A stretch of 63,289 nucleotides of DNA, counting the filler, from Octopus bimaculoides (Eukaryota): NCBI RefSeq assembly GCF_001194135.2. It is 6 parts of 6 records of this genome, joined end to end, with 100 filler letters (N's around TTAATTAATTAA, not from the genome) between each part and the next. Parts side by side here need not be neighbours in the genome. Positions count along the whole stretch, not along the records: positions 1 to 18,094 come from NC_068983.1; 5 more parts are not named here. The stretch is one strand, 5' to 3'. Within the stretch, counting starts at the first letter, position 1. Every line of letters begins with the position of its first letter. Shown piece after piece: positions 1 through 12,454 of the stretch. A program made the position numbers and the translations under genes. The notes below the pieces were generated by a model, which did no database searches, was not told the origin of the DNA, and saw nothing but the letters and a program-made list of their open reading frames with translations.

Positions 1-175
1 TATATATGTATATATATATATGTATGTATATATATATGTATATGTATATACATATATGTATTTATATACGTATGTATGTATGTATATATATATATATAGA
101 TATATATACATGTAGGTATGTATATATATATATATATATGTATGTATATAATATATATGTATGTATATGTGTGTC
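1..175. repeat. (TA)n/(TATG)n microsatellite
   Basis: Direct reading; explains the YI/MY ORFs. Confidence 0.95.
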
Positions 176-942
176 TTACTGGCGATAAATCTCTACGTAT
201 AAAACAGCATTTTCCCCCCAAATTCCATAAAAGGAAAATAAACAGAAAACTAACTCAATAAAATCAAAATGGCGTTTCTTGTTATTTTTTTTCCAACTTC
301 CTCTTCACGATATCGAACATGTTTACTCGAACCGCCATGTTTCTCCATATTTTCTGAAACTTTTCAATGCATTAATAAAACTTCTTGTTAGACTACAATC
401 GACTAAATAAACACATAAATAAATATATTTACGAAAAGATAAAAGAAGAAAAAGAAGGAGTTTTTAGAATAGTAATAGTAAAAGAATAGAAGTCAAAATA
501 CGCTGAAACTTCACGAAAAGATAAACTACAGCGCCGAAACAACAAATCGTGTTTGATTGACTTAGTCTACACAGATCCCACATTACAAGATGTCATTTGC
601 CTTCAATATAATCGACTTAGCAATATGGACTTCGCCTGGAAGCTGTTTATCTCCTGACAAAGTGGTATTCTTATATGCATCAGCGACCAACGACCAAAAC
701 CACCGATCTTTCTTTCTTTCTTTCTTTCGTTTTGTTTAGTTTTGTTTAGTTTTCGTCGTTGTCTTTTCATCTTTTGCTTCTAAGATTAAGTCAAGTAATG
801 TCATTGCTTTATGAAACCTGTCACGAACAATGTTCCAATAGAAATTTTAATCAAAATGTAGTTATTTTGTAAATTCCACCAGGATGTCACCAGCTAATTC
901 ATGTCTATACACATACACAATCGCAGCTACGCAGACACACAC

Positions 943-985
<43 letters not shown>

Positions 986-1243
986 TCAGTGTACATACAT
1001 GAACACCTGCCTACTTACCTGTTCACATAATACAAACATAGATACGTACATACATACACACATACATACTCACTCATATATATGTATATAAATGATCCCG
1101 TGTAGTTCATAACGAAAATGAAGAGCATGCAATACGAGATAGAAAGGTTTGTGAGTAACATCGTTTTATATGTATGTATATGTGTATATATATATATATA
1201 CACATATATATATATATACATATACACACACATATATATACAT

Positions 1244-1300
<57 letters not shown>

Positions 1301-1379
1301 TACACACACACATATATATATATATATATTCATAATTGGCTGTTCGCTCGTGACCGAGAAGACTGTCATCGACGATTAC

Positions 1380-1850
1380 TCATGCAAAATGCTAGTAAAG
1401 ACGGTGCAAAAGGTTATTGCAACAACAGTCGGCTTCACCCGTGTTCGCGCCCGCGGCTTCCACGCTCGTCGTGGTGCCCTCCTACTCGACCAGGCATTGG
1501 ATAGTCTCCCCGCCGGCAATTGCACAGCCTAAACTTCACAAACACTCTCCACCCAAATTACATGATCCAGAGACAAGCCATGGGCAAGATTTACAGTGCC
1601 ATTATGGGCCGAAGGCTTAGGAATGTGGGAGTAGTGCCATGATCTGAAAATGCTATGGAATGCTTTATTCCCATTGGTCTTCCAGCATGCCGGACGCCAA
1701 CTACGAATTTCTGAGGGTCCGTGCTATTGCTAGATAGTCGTTGATCTTGTAAACTTTCCCATGGGTACTTCTGGTAACATGAGATCGACTACAACCTGTT
1801 GCATTGTTGGATCGTCGGTGACTGAACCAGCTCAGCCACAAGGCTTGCCT
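1380..1850 (+). mobile_element. Highly degenerate Gypsy gag-end/protease relic
   Basis: Conceptual translation gives CHYGPKA*EC (gag-end CxxH..FG.KA..C-like) and SLIL*TFPWVLLV...DYNLL (retropepsin LRRTFPW..V...HYNLL-like); many stops. Confidence 0.35.
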
Positions 1851-2141
1851 GATGAGGAGTATTGCTAGAAACCCAGCACGACTTAAAACAAGACCTGTTA
1901 AAAGAAAAGGACAGATATACGTATATACACAATATATATACACACAAAATTAATATAGACAACAGTTTGAAATGTTTCACCAAAAGGAAAATCTATAATT
2001 CTCACTAAATGTGACTAAGATGATAGAGCCACCTACATTGCTAGAAATAAGAGCTAAAATGCTCTAAAGCTGTAGTCAAAGCACATAATTGTATACATAT
2101 ATACTGACAGGGATTCGTCTGAAAACACCGTTCGAGAATTC

Positions 2142-2188
<47 letters not shown>

Positions 2189-2563
2189 NNNNNNNNNNNN
2201 NNNNNNNNNNNNNNNNNNNNNNNNNNNNNNNNNNNNNNNNNNNNNNNNNNNNNNNNNNNNNNNNNNNNNNNNNNNNNNNNNNNNNNNNNNNNNNNNNNNN
2301 NNNNNNNNNNNNNNNNNNNNNNNNNNNNNNNNNNNNNNNNNNNNNNNNNNNNNNNNNNNNNNNNNNNNNNNNNNNNNNNNNNNNNNNNNNNNNNNNNNNN
2401 NNNNNNNNNNNNNNNNNNNNNNNNNNNNNNNNNNNNNNNNNNNNNNNNNNNNNNNNNNNNNNNNNNNNNNNNNNNNNNNNNNNNNNNNNNNNNNNNNNNN
2501 NNNNNNNNNNNNNNNNNNNNNNNNNNNNNNNNNNNNNNNNNNNNNNNNNNNNNNNNNNNNNNN

Positions 2564-2755
2564 ACAAAAACACCAGGACTTACAAATATATATATACCAT
2601 ACAGAAAATTGCACTACTGGGCACTGCACACATCCTACGCAAAACACTTTTAATACAGTAACCATAAGAGCATCACAGCAAACCACAGCACGTACCCAAG
2701 GCACACAAAGCTGCGCTCGGTAGTGTAGTGAAAACACGCTATAAAAATAAAACTA

Positions 2756-2843
<88 letters not shown>
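2564..2843 (+). mobile_element. R4/Dong-like non-LTR retrotransposon 3' end with (TAA)n tail
   Basis: IQKIALLGTAHILRKTL C-terminus, 3' UTR, then ~28 TAA units; upstream part lost in gap. Confidence 0.85.
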
Positions 2844-2844
<1 letters not shown>

Positions 2845-3275
2845 CAGATATAGTTGTCAAAGATCATAAAGGAAAAAAATGCATTCTAATTGATGTATCA
2901 ATACCAGCAGATGACAACGTTTCCCTAAAAGAAATGGAGAAACTTTCAAAATACAAAGACCTGGAAATAGAGGTAACTCGAATGTGGAATCTAAAAACAG
3001 AAACAATTCCTATCATAGTAGGCGCATTAGGTATGATAAAAAAAATATTCAGACAAATCCACAACAAAAACACCAGGTCTTACAAATATATATAACATAC
3101 AGAAAATTGCACTACTGGGCACTGCACACATCCTACGCAAAACGCTTTCAATACAGTAACCATAAGAGCATCACAGCAAACCACAGCACATACCCAAGGA
3201 ACACAGACAGAGTTGCGCTCGGTAGTGAAATGAAAGCACGTTATAAAAATAAAACTACTGAATGATAATAACAAT
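2844..3275 (+). mobile_element. R4/Dong-like element, 5'-truncated, RLE endonuclease domain
   Basis: PDIVVKDHKGKKCILIDVSIPADDNVSLKEMEKLSKYKDLEIEVTRMW...IQKIALLGTAHILRKTLSIQ*; one frameshift; PD..D..E.EK..KY motif. Confidence 0.9.
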
Positions 3276-3462
3276 TATCATTATTTTACTGGTTTCAAGG
3301 ACTGCACTATAAATTTCGCTGCCACGTATGACTGCGTTATTTGTTTGTTATGGAATTTTTCTTGAAGAAGACAAAGATGGTTTCCATTATCTTCCTTCAA
3401 GTATTTTTTTACAAGATGCCATTTTCTTGGCTACATACAAACGAGTTCACCACCACACCTAG

Positions 3463-3830
3463 TTAAGTACTTAGTTTGTAAAGAGCGGTGATAAATACCA
3501 CAAAGCATTGCGTCCAACACTGCAACGACTCTGTCAGTTCACCAATGTTCATTTTATCGATCTCAGAAAGTTGTGACTGAACGTAAAGAGCAGGAATAAA
3601 TACGACCAGGAATTTGGCCCACCTCTCTAACATTCCTGCCAAGTCATAACTTTTTAACTTCCTACCTTCTAATTTAAATTCCTGCTGTAGTCGATGATGC
3701 TTTTCATGTGCAAGCGATCGATACAAAAAGTACCATATACGTACTCGGGTAAATTCAGTCGGTTGTGCTTATTCTTCGAGAAAATTTCTAGCAGTGTGCT
3801 AAAGATAGGATGTACTATTGACTGACATGC
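3463..3830 (-). pseudogene. Unassigned coding relic A (hydrophobic internal repeat), paralog of 5905-6310
   Basis: LAGMLERWAKFLVVFIPALY...LTESLQCWTQCFVVFITALYKL; DNA and protein similarity to relic B. Confidence 0.45.
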
Positions 3831-4017
3831 AGACAATTAAATATTGACGTCTAAATTTGACCCAAAGCCATGCATTCATATGGATTCGGAGAGGAATCAG
3901 TTATATCGCTTTTAGTATATTATTATTATTACTTATATAAGTTGTTTGCTTGCTCCACTTGCAAAAAATAGCGGTTAATTTTCTTTCAAATCATATCTTT
4001 TCTACCTTTTACCATTT

Positions 4018-4377
4018 ACTTGTCTCAGTCATTAGACTGCGGCCATGCTGGGGCACTCCCTTCAACACCTTTTTTAGTCGAATGAATTGACCACAGTACT
4101 TATTCTTCAGGCTTTATTCTATCGGTCTCCTTTGCTGAACGGTCAAGTCACGGGGATGCAAACACACCAACACCAGTTGTGACGCGATGGGGGGAGGACA
4201 CAGACACAAAGGCACACACATAGATATATATACATATATATACGACGGGCTTCTTTCAGTTTCCGTCTACCAAATCCACTCACAAGGCTTTGGTCGGCCC
4301 GAGACTACGTAGTGAGACTGAACCCTGAACCATGTAGTTGGGAAGCAAGCTTCTTACCACATAGCCACGCTTACGCC
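4018..4377 (-). mobile_element. tRNA-derived SINE, family B
   Basis: Matches other copies in window (head GGCGTGGCTGTGTGGTAAGAAG, core GGAAACTGAAAGAAGCCCGTCG, tail CCAGCATGGCCGCAGTC). Confidence 0.85.
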
Positions 4378-4903
4378 TAATAACTTTCTTAAAATAGAAA
4401 CTTTGTTCTTGCTGCATTTTTATTGGATGTTTACAGGATGGTCACCGTTGGAATTATAAATCAGTTAATCTAGGATAAACGGTAAAACAAGACTAAAAAT
4501 AATTCGAGCCAATAAGAGGGTCTTTAAGTTATCAGATAACTAGTAACAAATAGCTGTCGAATCATCCTTAAAGCGTATCACCTTACTCTTTTACAAAAGG
4601 GGTGATGTAGATCTAGGTGCACAATATTTCGAAAAAGGTGAGGCGATGGTTAGAGCTGGAATACCTTTCATCATAGGCTTGCTTGAATACAGGAGCTAGA
4701 ACAAGAACATCAATAACAATAAGAACAACTATAGTAGCAACAAATGCAACAACAACAACGACAGCAACAACAATAGCAGTCTCAGTAACAACAATTACGG
4801 CAAGAAAAACATTAACAATTAAGACTTCTTTGATAGGTACCTGCTCGAATCACCCCCACTCTCACGACAGGTACAATCGGCTAAAGTAAGAATTGAAATT
4901 ATA

Positions 4904-5041
4904 TGGGCACAGTACACATCCTACGCAAAACACTTTCAATACAGTAACCATAAGAGCATCACAACAAACCACAGCACATACCCCAGGCACACAGAGCTGC
5001 GCTCGGTAGTGAAGTGAAAGCACGTTATAAAAATAAAACTA

Positions 5042-5118
<77 letters not shown>
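4904..5118 (+). mobile_element. R4/Dong-like 3' tail with (TAA)n
   Basis: Near-identical to 2620-2843. Confidence 0.85.
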
Positions 5119-5120
<2 letters not shown>

Positions 5121-5334
5121 TGTAACAACGAAAGAATGAGATCTCGATATTAGAGAAATAGAGGAATATTTATGTATGTTATAAATTAGAAGAAACTGTA
5201 AAATGTTGTCATTATGTGTGTGTGTAAATGAAAGCGCGTGGCTCAGTGGCTAGAGCGTCGGGTTGAATCATAAGATAGTGATTTGAACTCAGACAGATGA
5301 TGAGCCGCTAAGCATTTCGCCCGGAATTAATCCC

Positions 5335-5818
5335 CATATCCTTGAATAGAGTCTTAGTGAAGTTGCTGGTCAATCCCTCAGTGGAGAGGTTTGCTGTTGG
5401 AAGGCCATATGTGTGGCTCCTTGCTATACATATGGAACGAGTAAGAAGTGGTTTTAGGAGAATTTTCTACGAATTCACTAGCCTCCTAATTGCTACGATT
5501 GTAAATCCCATGAATTACTATGTGTGGGACACGACTGAGAAAGACACACCGACCGCTTTGTCTGTAACATCAAGGCTAAACTGGTACCCAAGATTAAGAG
5601 GGTGTCCGAAGATCTTCTCATGAACGCAATGAGGAATGCATGCACCAAGTTCCAAAGCCGTCTTGTGGCTGTTGCTAAAGCTGAGAGAGGTGAATAAATT
5701 GTTATCTCGCAAGTATAATCGAGTTGATATTTTTTGAAATAGTTTTGTTTGTGGATAGGATATTGTGTTTTCGTTTCCTTTTCTCTAAACTGCCAAATTT
5801 AGCCCGGATAACCCTGTA
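5335..5818 (+). mobile_element. maT/mori-like (Tc1-mariner, DD37D-type) transposase 3' fragment with right TIR
   Basis: GRPYVW, NPMNYYVWDTTEKDT, NACTKFQSRLVAV; ends ACCCTG-TA. Confidence 0.75.
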
Positions 5819-5904
5819 TAATATGGATTTTTAACAAAAGACAAAAGGTTATATACGTTGGGGTTAAGACAATCAAAATAACTTCTGTATATTACATTGG
5901 TTTA

Positions 5905-6310
5905 TATAATGTGGGGAATCAGCGGCATCATTGAGTGGAATACCTTGCAGTATTTATTCCGATTCTCTGCACGTTGAGTTCAAAACTGGTCAGGAACAAC
6001 CTCCCCTCTTATCCTATCGATTTTAATAAATTAGCTACCTGTGTAGAGAGTGGATTGATTGAATTGTTAAACCTTTGGACGAAATGTCTTGTGGAAGCTA
6101 TTTCGGTTTTTGCTGAATTAAAAAATCGAACTGCCAATTACGTTGATTACGAAAGCAACGCGAACAACGACAAAATATAACAAACGAAAACAACGAGGGC
6201 TTTGCAGATCGAGGAAAGTGCTAGTGTGTCAGACGAAATGCTTTGTAGTATCTGCTCTTGTTTGTTTTTCATCCAAATTAAAATTCCGCTTGCAGTTGCC
6301 GCGCCCCGAA
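5905..6310 (+). pseudogene. Unassigned coding relic B, paralog of 3463-3830
   Basis: EYLAVFIPILCTLSSKLVRNNLPSYPIDF...LIELLNLWTKCLVEAISVFAEL; frame continues past one TAA. Confidence 0.45.
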
Positions 6311-6984
6311 TAAACACAAACATACACATTACACACATACTTACATACATACATGCACACACACATACACACATGCATACATATACACACATATGCACAC
6401 GCCCCATACACACCCGTGAACGCATACTGACGCACGTACACAAAACAAGGCGAGTGTTTTGGGTCATGGTCGAGGATGATTTGCCTTCACTGTCAGATGG
6501 AGTGATGAGTCAAATGAAGGACAATCTCGCTCACATCAATATGTATAACAAGTGAATCCTGGAAGCTGGTCAAACTCTCGTACAAGAAGACCAATATTAC
6601 TGTTATTTATTTCATAAGCTTCGGAAAATTGAAAGGCAAAGTTGACCTCTGCAAGGTAAAAGAATATAACTACATGGCCGACTCAACGTCAAATTGTAAT
6701 GATTTCTCACATTAGACAAATGTTAGAAGAGAACACATTGAAATAAATTGGTTCCAATTACGTTTCTGACATCGGATTTGAACTCGGATCATGTAGAGAT
6801 ATAATTGAATACGTCTCTATATTATCTGGTTTAGGATACTACCGTTTCTGTCCACTCTACCAACCAATAAAAAACAGAAACTTTCCAGATTTCCATTTCA
6901 AAGAAATACTTTGCCACCTAAAAATTTAAGACAGGACAAAAATCCAACAAAGATATCAGGTAAAGAAAAAGAAAAGAAATGATT

Positions 6985-7860
6985 ATTTTTTTGTCCACCT
7001 AGTTCGAGTTTGTCTGCGCAAATGAAGGATATCAAATGAAGGATATCAAATAACAAGGAAAAGTGAAGAGTAAAGAAACAAGTTTATGATATTCTAGAAA
7101 TAGCATCAACATAGAAAAAAATAAAGAAATGAAAGTAAAAAAAAAAAAAGATAGCAAAGAGATAAAAATGTCAAATGCAACTGATATAAATCAACTAATT
7201 TATGCAACAGCCCGTGTAATAATGGAAGAAGCCAGCATTGAAATCAATGAATGAAAACACGAGAAAACAAACAATTCAACCAGACTAGAAACAGAAGAAA
7301 GAAATAAAGAGAGAGATAGAAAAGGAAAAGAAAAGAAAAAAATACTTCCAATTCAAAACGAACAAGACGTTCTTTCCTTTCTTCTCCACGACCCCCCCCC
7401 CACAAACACGCACATACAAGTAAAAAAAAATGGAGAATAAAGAGATTTGCCAAGAGAATAAAGCAATCCAAGCAAAATAAAATGTTCCGAGAAGATAAAG
7501 AATGTCTATATAATAAAACTATTAAAAGTAGGAAGAATTCTTCTCTAACAAAAGACGAAATACAAGAATTTTGAAGAAACATCTAAAAACAGAAACAAAA
7601 CCGAAAACAAAAAAATATATAAAACTAAAAACAAGTTAAAAAAACGAAACGAAACAAAACAAAATAAAACAACTAGAACCAAAACTAACCGTCAATGCCC
7701 ATAAAGCAAACGACCTAATCAAAAGGAAAGGAAACTTAAAAAAGCCAAAAAACAAAAACGAAAAACGAAAACAACAGCAATAATATTCGTTATACAGTGT
7801 ACCACAACAGACATGTTTAAATGTCATAAAGGAAGAAGTGAAGCAAGGGGTCATATCTGC
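6985..7860 (+). mobile_element. Degenerate R4/Dong-like element, region N-terminal to RT
   Basis: INQLIYATARVIMEE; RFAKRIKQSKQNKMFREDKECLY; TKDEIQEF*RNI (FW..I motif). Confidence 0.65.
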
Positions 7861-7924
7861 AAGGAGTCATACAACAGAGCGTTAGACAAATGTTCTTGAT
7901 TTTATTTATATTAATTTTAGGTGA

Positions 7925-7939
7925 AATGATGATGGTAGC

Positions 7940-7980
<41 letters not shown>

Positions 7981-8245
7981 GGGTGGTGGTGGTTGTTGAT
8001 GATGACGATGACGATGATGTCATGATAATGACAATGGTGATGGTGGTGATGGTAGGGGCGTTAACGATAGTGATAATGATGATGATTATAATGCTGAAGA
8101 TGATAATGGTGATGGTGAGGTTGATGACAATGATGGTGATGGTGTTGATAATGATGACGACGACGACGACGATGATGCTATGTTGATGATTATAGTGATG
8201 ATGATGATATTTATGATGATGATGATGAAGTTGTTGACATTTATG
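7925..8245. repeat. Degenerate (GAT/GGT)n low-complexity tract
   Basis: Direct reading. Confidence 0.9.
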
Positions 8246-8834
8246 ATAACAATCATTATTAACCCCCACCTCCAATGCTAGTTTCGATTAAGCAAATCTA
8301 TAATGAAAAGCATCCAAGCTATGACCATCTCGTCTCTTGATCCAACATGTCTTCGTTATCTAAGATAGTAGGATGCAATTTGAGAAGTATTTGGTTACTG
8401 TGTCTAGCAACTTGAGTGACTACAGAGAGGCTTCTCATTGGCTCAGGGAAAAGAATGGCATGTTGTGTCGGTCATGCTACTACAAGCATTACATAAGTAA
8501 ACAGCACAGAAATGCCTGCAACCAAGAATCAAAACCGAATCTATAACACAAATCACTCGTTACTTTACATCTTAAACACAAGCATCCGCCACAGTATTTG
8601 GTGTATATAAAGACAGAGGAACGAGCGTATATAAAGACAGAGGAAATAAAGACCCCCCCCCCCCNNNNNNNNNNNNNNNNNNNNNNNNNNNNNNCCCCCC
8701 CCCCCCAAGAAAAATAATGCGTTGGAATCGAACACGCATAACTAAGTTGAGAGACATATCCTAGTACAAGTCTAAGTGTAGAAAGTCTTAGGTTCAATAA
8801 AAATCGCATAAATTGTAGTGAACAAGGACGATCC

Positions 8835-9160
8835 CTTTTGGTCATGAATGACCATAAGATTACACCTGGAAAGTTCCCCTCCGAGGCACAAGTCCAGGCA
8901 AGATTGTTTACGGAAGACCAATAGTCACCCATGCATACCAACCTCCCCTTTTCACACCGCCCATGTTATCCAAGGGAAAGGTAAACACCGATACAGCTTG
9001 GAACTAGTGACGTTACAACTCAGTTCTACAGCTGAGTGAATTGGAGCAATGTGAAATAAAGTGTGTTGCTCAAGAACACAACACACACCTCGATCTGGGA
9101 ATCGACCTCACTACCTCATGATTGTGAGTCCGACGCTCCAACCACTGGACCATGCGCCTT
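8835..9160 (-). mobile_element. tRNA-derived SINE, family D
   Basis: tRNA-like head, TGTGTTCTTGAGCAA core, tail shared with 52975-53270. Confidence 0.75.
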
Positions 9161-10499
9161 GTATGTAATATGGTTAGTAAGAGTTTCAATTATTATAGCG
9201 TAAGCATAAGGTAGGACGGTCGATTGGCAGAATTGGTTAGAACATTGCAAGATGCGTTGGAATATTTATTCCGACTAAGGCGTCGAGCTAGCAGAAATGT
9301 TTAGCGACATTTCGTCTGTCTTTGGATTTTGTGACAATAGTGGCCAAATATGCTACCTCTGGGTTCACGATGAGTAAAGCTGTTAATTTGGTCTTCTTTA
9401 AAGACTTGAAGAAGGGACGTCATATGTTGGATAACTATTTTCATTGTGGGATATATAAAGAAATCACTCATTTACGTAATTAAAATATGGTAGAAAGAAG
9501 TAGGCTCATAGGCTTATCTTTAATGTGCGTCCACTTCAATTCTGTTACGTAATAAGAGAAAAGTATATGTGAATCGGATTTTTTTCCTAAGGAGTTGAGC
9601 CGGTTCCAAGTATTGAGTCCACAGTAACAGGAACTGAAGTCGATTACGCTCGAGTCACATACAACCGACATGCAAATGGTCAACTAGTGGCAGTTCCAAC
9701 AGCGTGATAATTTCGCAGGTGAAATAATTGACCCAATAATAAATCAGTATTTAAACGTATGAACCCTTCCCCACGCCGCCACATATTTTTTTTAAATATG
9801 TAAATGCGATTGACATTAAAATGTATTTTTGCACTACTAGTTATATCCATCAATATCTGAAGTAAATCGCTTTTTGATGTGTCAGTATTCGTGTAGACGT
9901 ACTTTTTTTTATGAATGTTTTCCGTTAATGTAATTTCCTATTTTATATAATCTGTATCTCATGTAATATATGACATGAATAGATAGACTGCGTTATCTAA
10001 TATCTAAATAACGTGCAATAAAAGGCAGAAATCAGAGAAAAAAATTCAAGGAAAATATGAAAGCAATTTTTGTTATTTTCCTTAGTATAATAATTAATAA
10101 AAAATAATTTCAGTTCCTTACATTCAGTAATTTCTAAAACAAGTTTGATGCTCAAACGATTAATGTATTAAACCAAAAAGCAGACGTTATAAAAGAATGA
10201 CGCCATGAAAATTATTATTGCTTTTTTTTTATATCTTAGTTGTGTAGATCAATGACCAAAGGTGCTCAAGATGAGTCCTTCCCATTTTAATTGTTACTTT
10301 TAGACTCAATGTGTTTAAGTCAACGTTATTCGGGGAGCATTTCCAATTTTTCAAGACGGTAGATCGATATCTGGAGAAGACATTTAGCTGCTGCTTCTCA
10401 AGTCGAACAGCTACATTGAGGTTCTCTCGTTGCCTAGATTTAATAGTTGAATATGTTGGATATAAGTGATGGCATCAGTGAAACACATGTATAAGGATA

Positions 10500-10887
10500 G
10501 TGGGATGTAACAGACCGCCACCCCCGCGAAAAAAAAAACAAGAACTAAACAAAACAACGATCAGTGGAAGAGATATATATTCATTAACTATAACTTTTGT
10601 GATATTAACTCGTAATTGTATGAAATTATCTCCTCTTTGTTTCGAAAGTTGCTAATAGTTACCTCTAAGCTTTTCTTTTCCCTTTCTAGCTAAAAATCAA
10701 ATGTATTCGAAAAGACAATTGGAATTGGACAATGTTGGATATTCTCACTCAGATAAAACCTAAGACACTGGAAAAAGTTCTCGAGCAAACTGAAATCTCA
10801 GAAAGACAGCAGTTGCAAGCGGGAGTGTTGGTAGAAGGCCTGGGTGCTACGATTGTGGAAACATTAATCGCCTCAAGGCTTACTGCC

Positions 10888-10959
<72 letters not shown>

Positions 10960-12375
10960 GAATGACAACTGAAACATGGCTTCCACTACTGCCAACACAA
11001 CATAAACTCGAACAATAACAAGAAAAAAAAACAGCTACATCAACCCCAACAACAATATGCAACCGCAGTAAACGAGATTGTAGCAACAACTACAAGACTA
11101 ACAACAGCTCCTACCGCAACAGTTGCAAGAACAACATAAACTGTGGAAGCACTAGCAGCAAAAGCAATAAAAAGTACAAAACCACCAAAGACCACAACTT
11201 CATAGACACAGCAACAACAAAAAAAAAACCGCAATTCCTCATGACATGCTCCCTCCGCGACTCATACCACACAGGCATGTCATGTGGGGAAGGTGACGGC
11301 GAGGAGCCCAAATGGAAATAAATACAAATGAAAACAAAAGGAAAAGAAACAAAACACGCCTACGAAAAAAAAAAAACACTCCAAAATTGAAAAGGAGAAA
11401 GGACACACTAACACCACCTCCAACACCACATGCACAAATATGAAAACTTTTATCACCACAACGGTCACTATTATAGACACCATCATTGCAGGTACAACCT
11501 AATGCTCACAAAACAGTACGAACACACTCCAGCAAGAAAAGAAGAAGATACATTAGCTACATAGCCATAAACAAGTAGAAAAACTAATGGATTACATACA
11601 GCAGCAAACAGTTATAATGAGCCATAACTGTATTGTTCTAGGATACATTAACTTTCTTGCACAAATAAATATCATTCAAATATTACAATTTACATTCACC
11701 ATCTTAAAAAATAAATACCCTAAAGGAGTAGATTTTAGTGGAAATATAAACAAAAGATTGTACGAAGAACTGCTGATGGAAATACCCTCAACCAATCGAA
11801 AGGACAGGAAATCTGATTCTCTACAGGGATAAGTTAAGTGGGACTTTCTCTCCTCCCTCCTTCCTTTTAGCATAGTCTTACTTAAGTATAGGTAGTATAG
11901 ATACACGTGGTGTGGGATGGCCATGGAAGCAAGGCCACCTGTTCAACGGGTTGACGTCAGTAGATGTAGATGTGGCGGCCATCAATGAGACCAGAATTTC
12001 AACCTAAGAGCGTTTAGTTCATTTTCGGTGGATAAGAGGTGCATATAATCACCAAGTCGACTAGGATTGGAAGGTGAAGTGACTGTGTTGCTTCGGAAAG
12101 GTCTTGATATCACAATATGGTCCTGGACATGAACAGCGGAGAATAGGGTGCTTTCAAACCAATAGCTGCCTACGACCAGACAGATACGGGATGGGCAGAT
12201 ATCTTCCAGCGTTTCGATGTTTTCTACGGAACATCCCACACTTTAATGTTAGTGGCTGGAATGCCATTTTGGATTCACATTTGAATTAGGTGGGGCTAAC
12301 TGATAGGAGAAATGTTGAAAAAGCCCCGCGAACCTGCTCAGACATTTACAACTGTCTTGACAGTTATCGACTAGT
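10500..12375 (+). mobile_element. L1/Tx1-clade LINE 5' part: ORF1 with CCHC knuckle and ORF2 AP endonuclease, decayed
   Basis: VLVEG/RPGCYDCGNINRLKAYC (CX2CX4[H>R]X4C); IGSIDTRG...VDVAAINETR; VTVLLRKGL; WNAILD. Confidence 0.8.
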
Positions 12376-12454
12376 GCAGTCTTTCAGCAAATTTGTTGAA
12401 AAGTAGGTGAACGGGGTAACGATGGTCCTAGGGAACGAGCTTGCTCTGCTCCGC

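Noticed and set aside
6-1532. YI/CV/HT-rich ORFs here and throughout, and ORFs spanning X runs
   Set aside because: Translations of microsatellites and gaps
1840-1890. CTGATGA...GAAA motif
   Set aside because: Stems I, II and III do not pair convincingly
11587-11832. 81-aa ORF
   Set aside because: Lies between ORF1 and ORF2 of the decayed Tx1 element; no independent support
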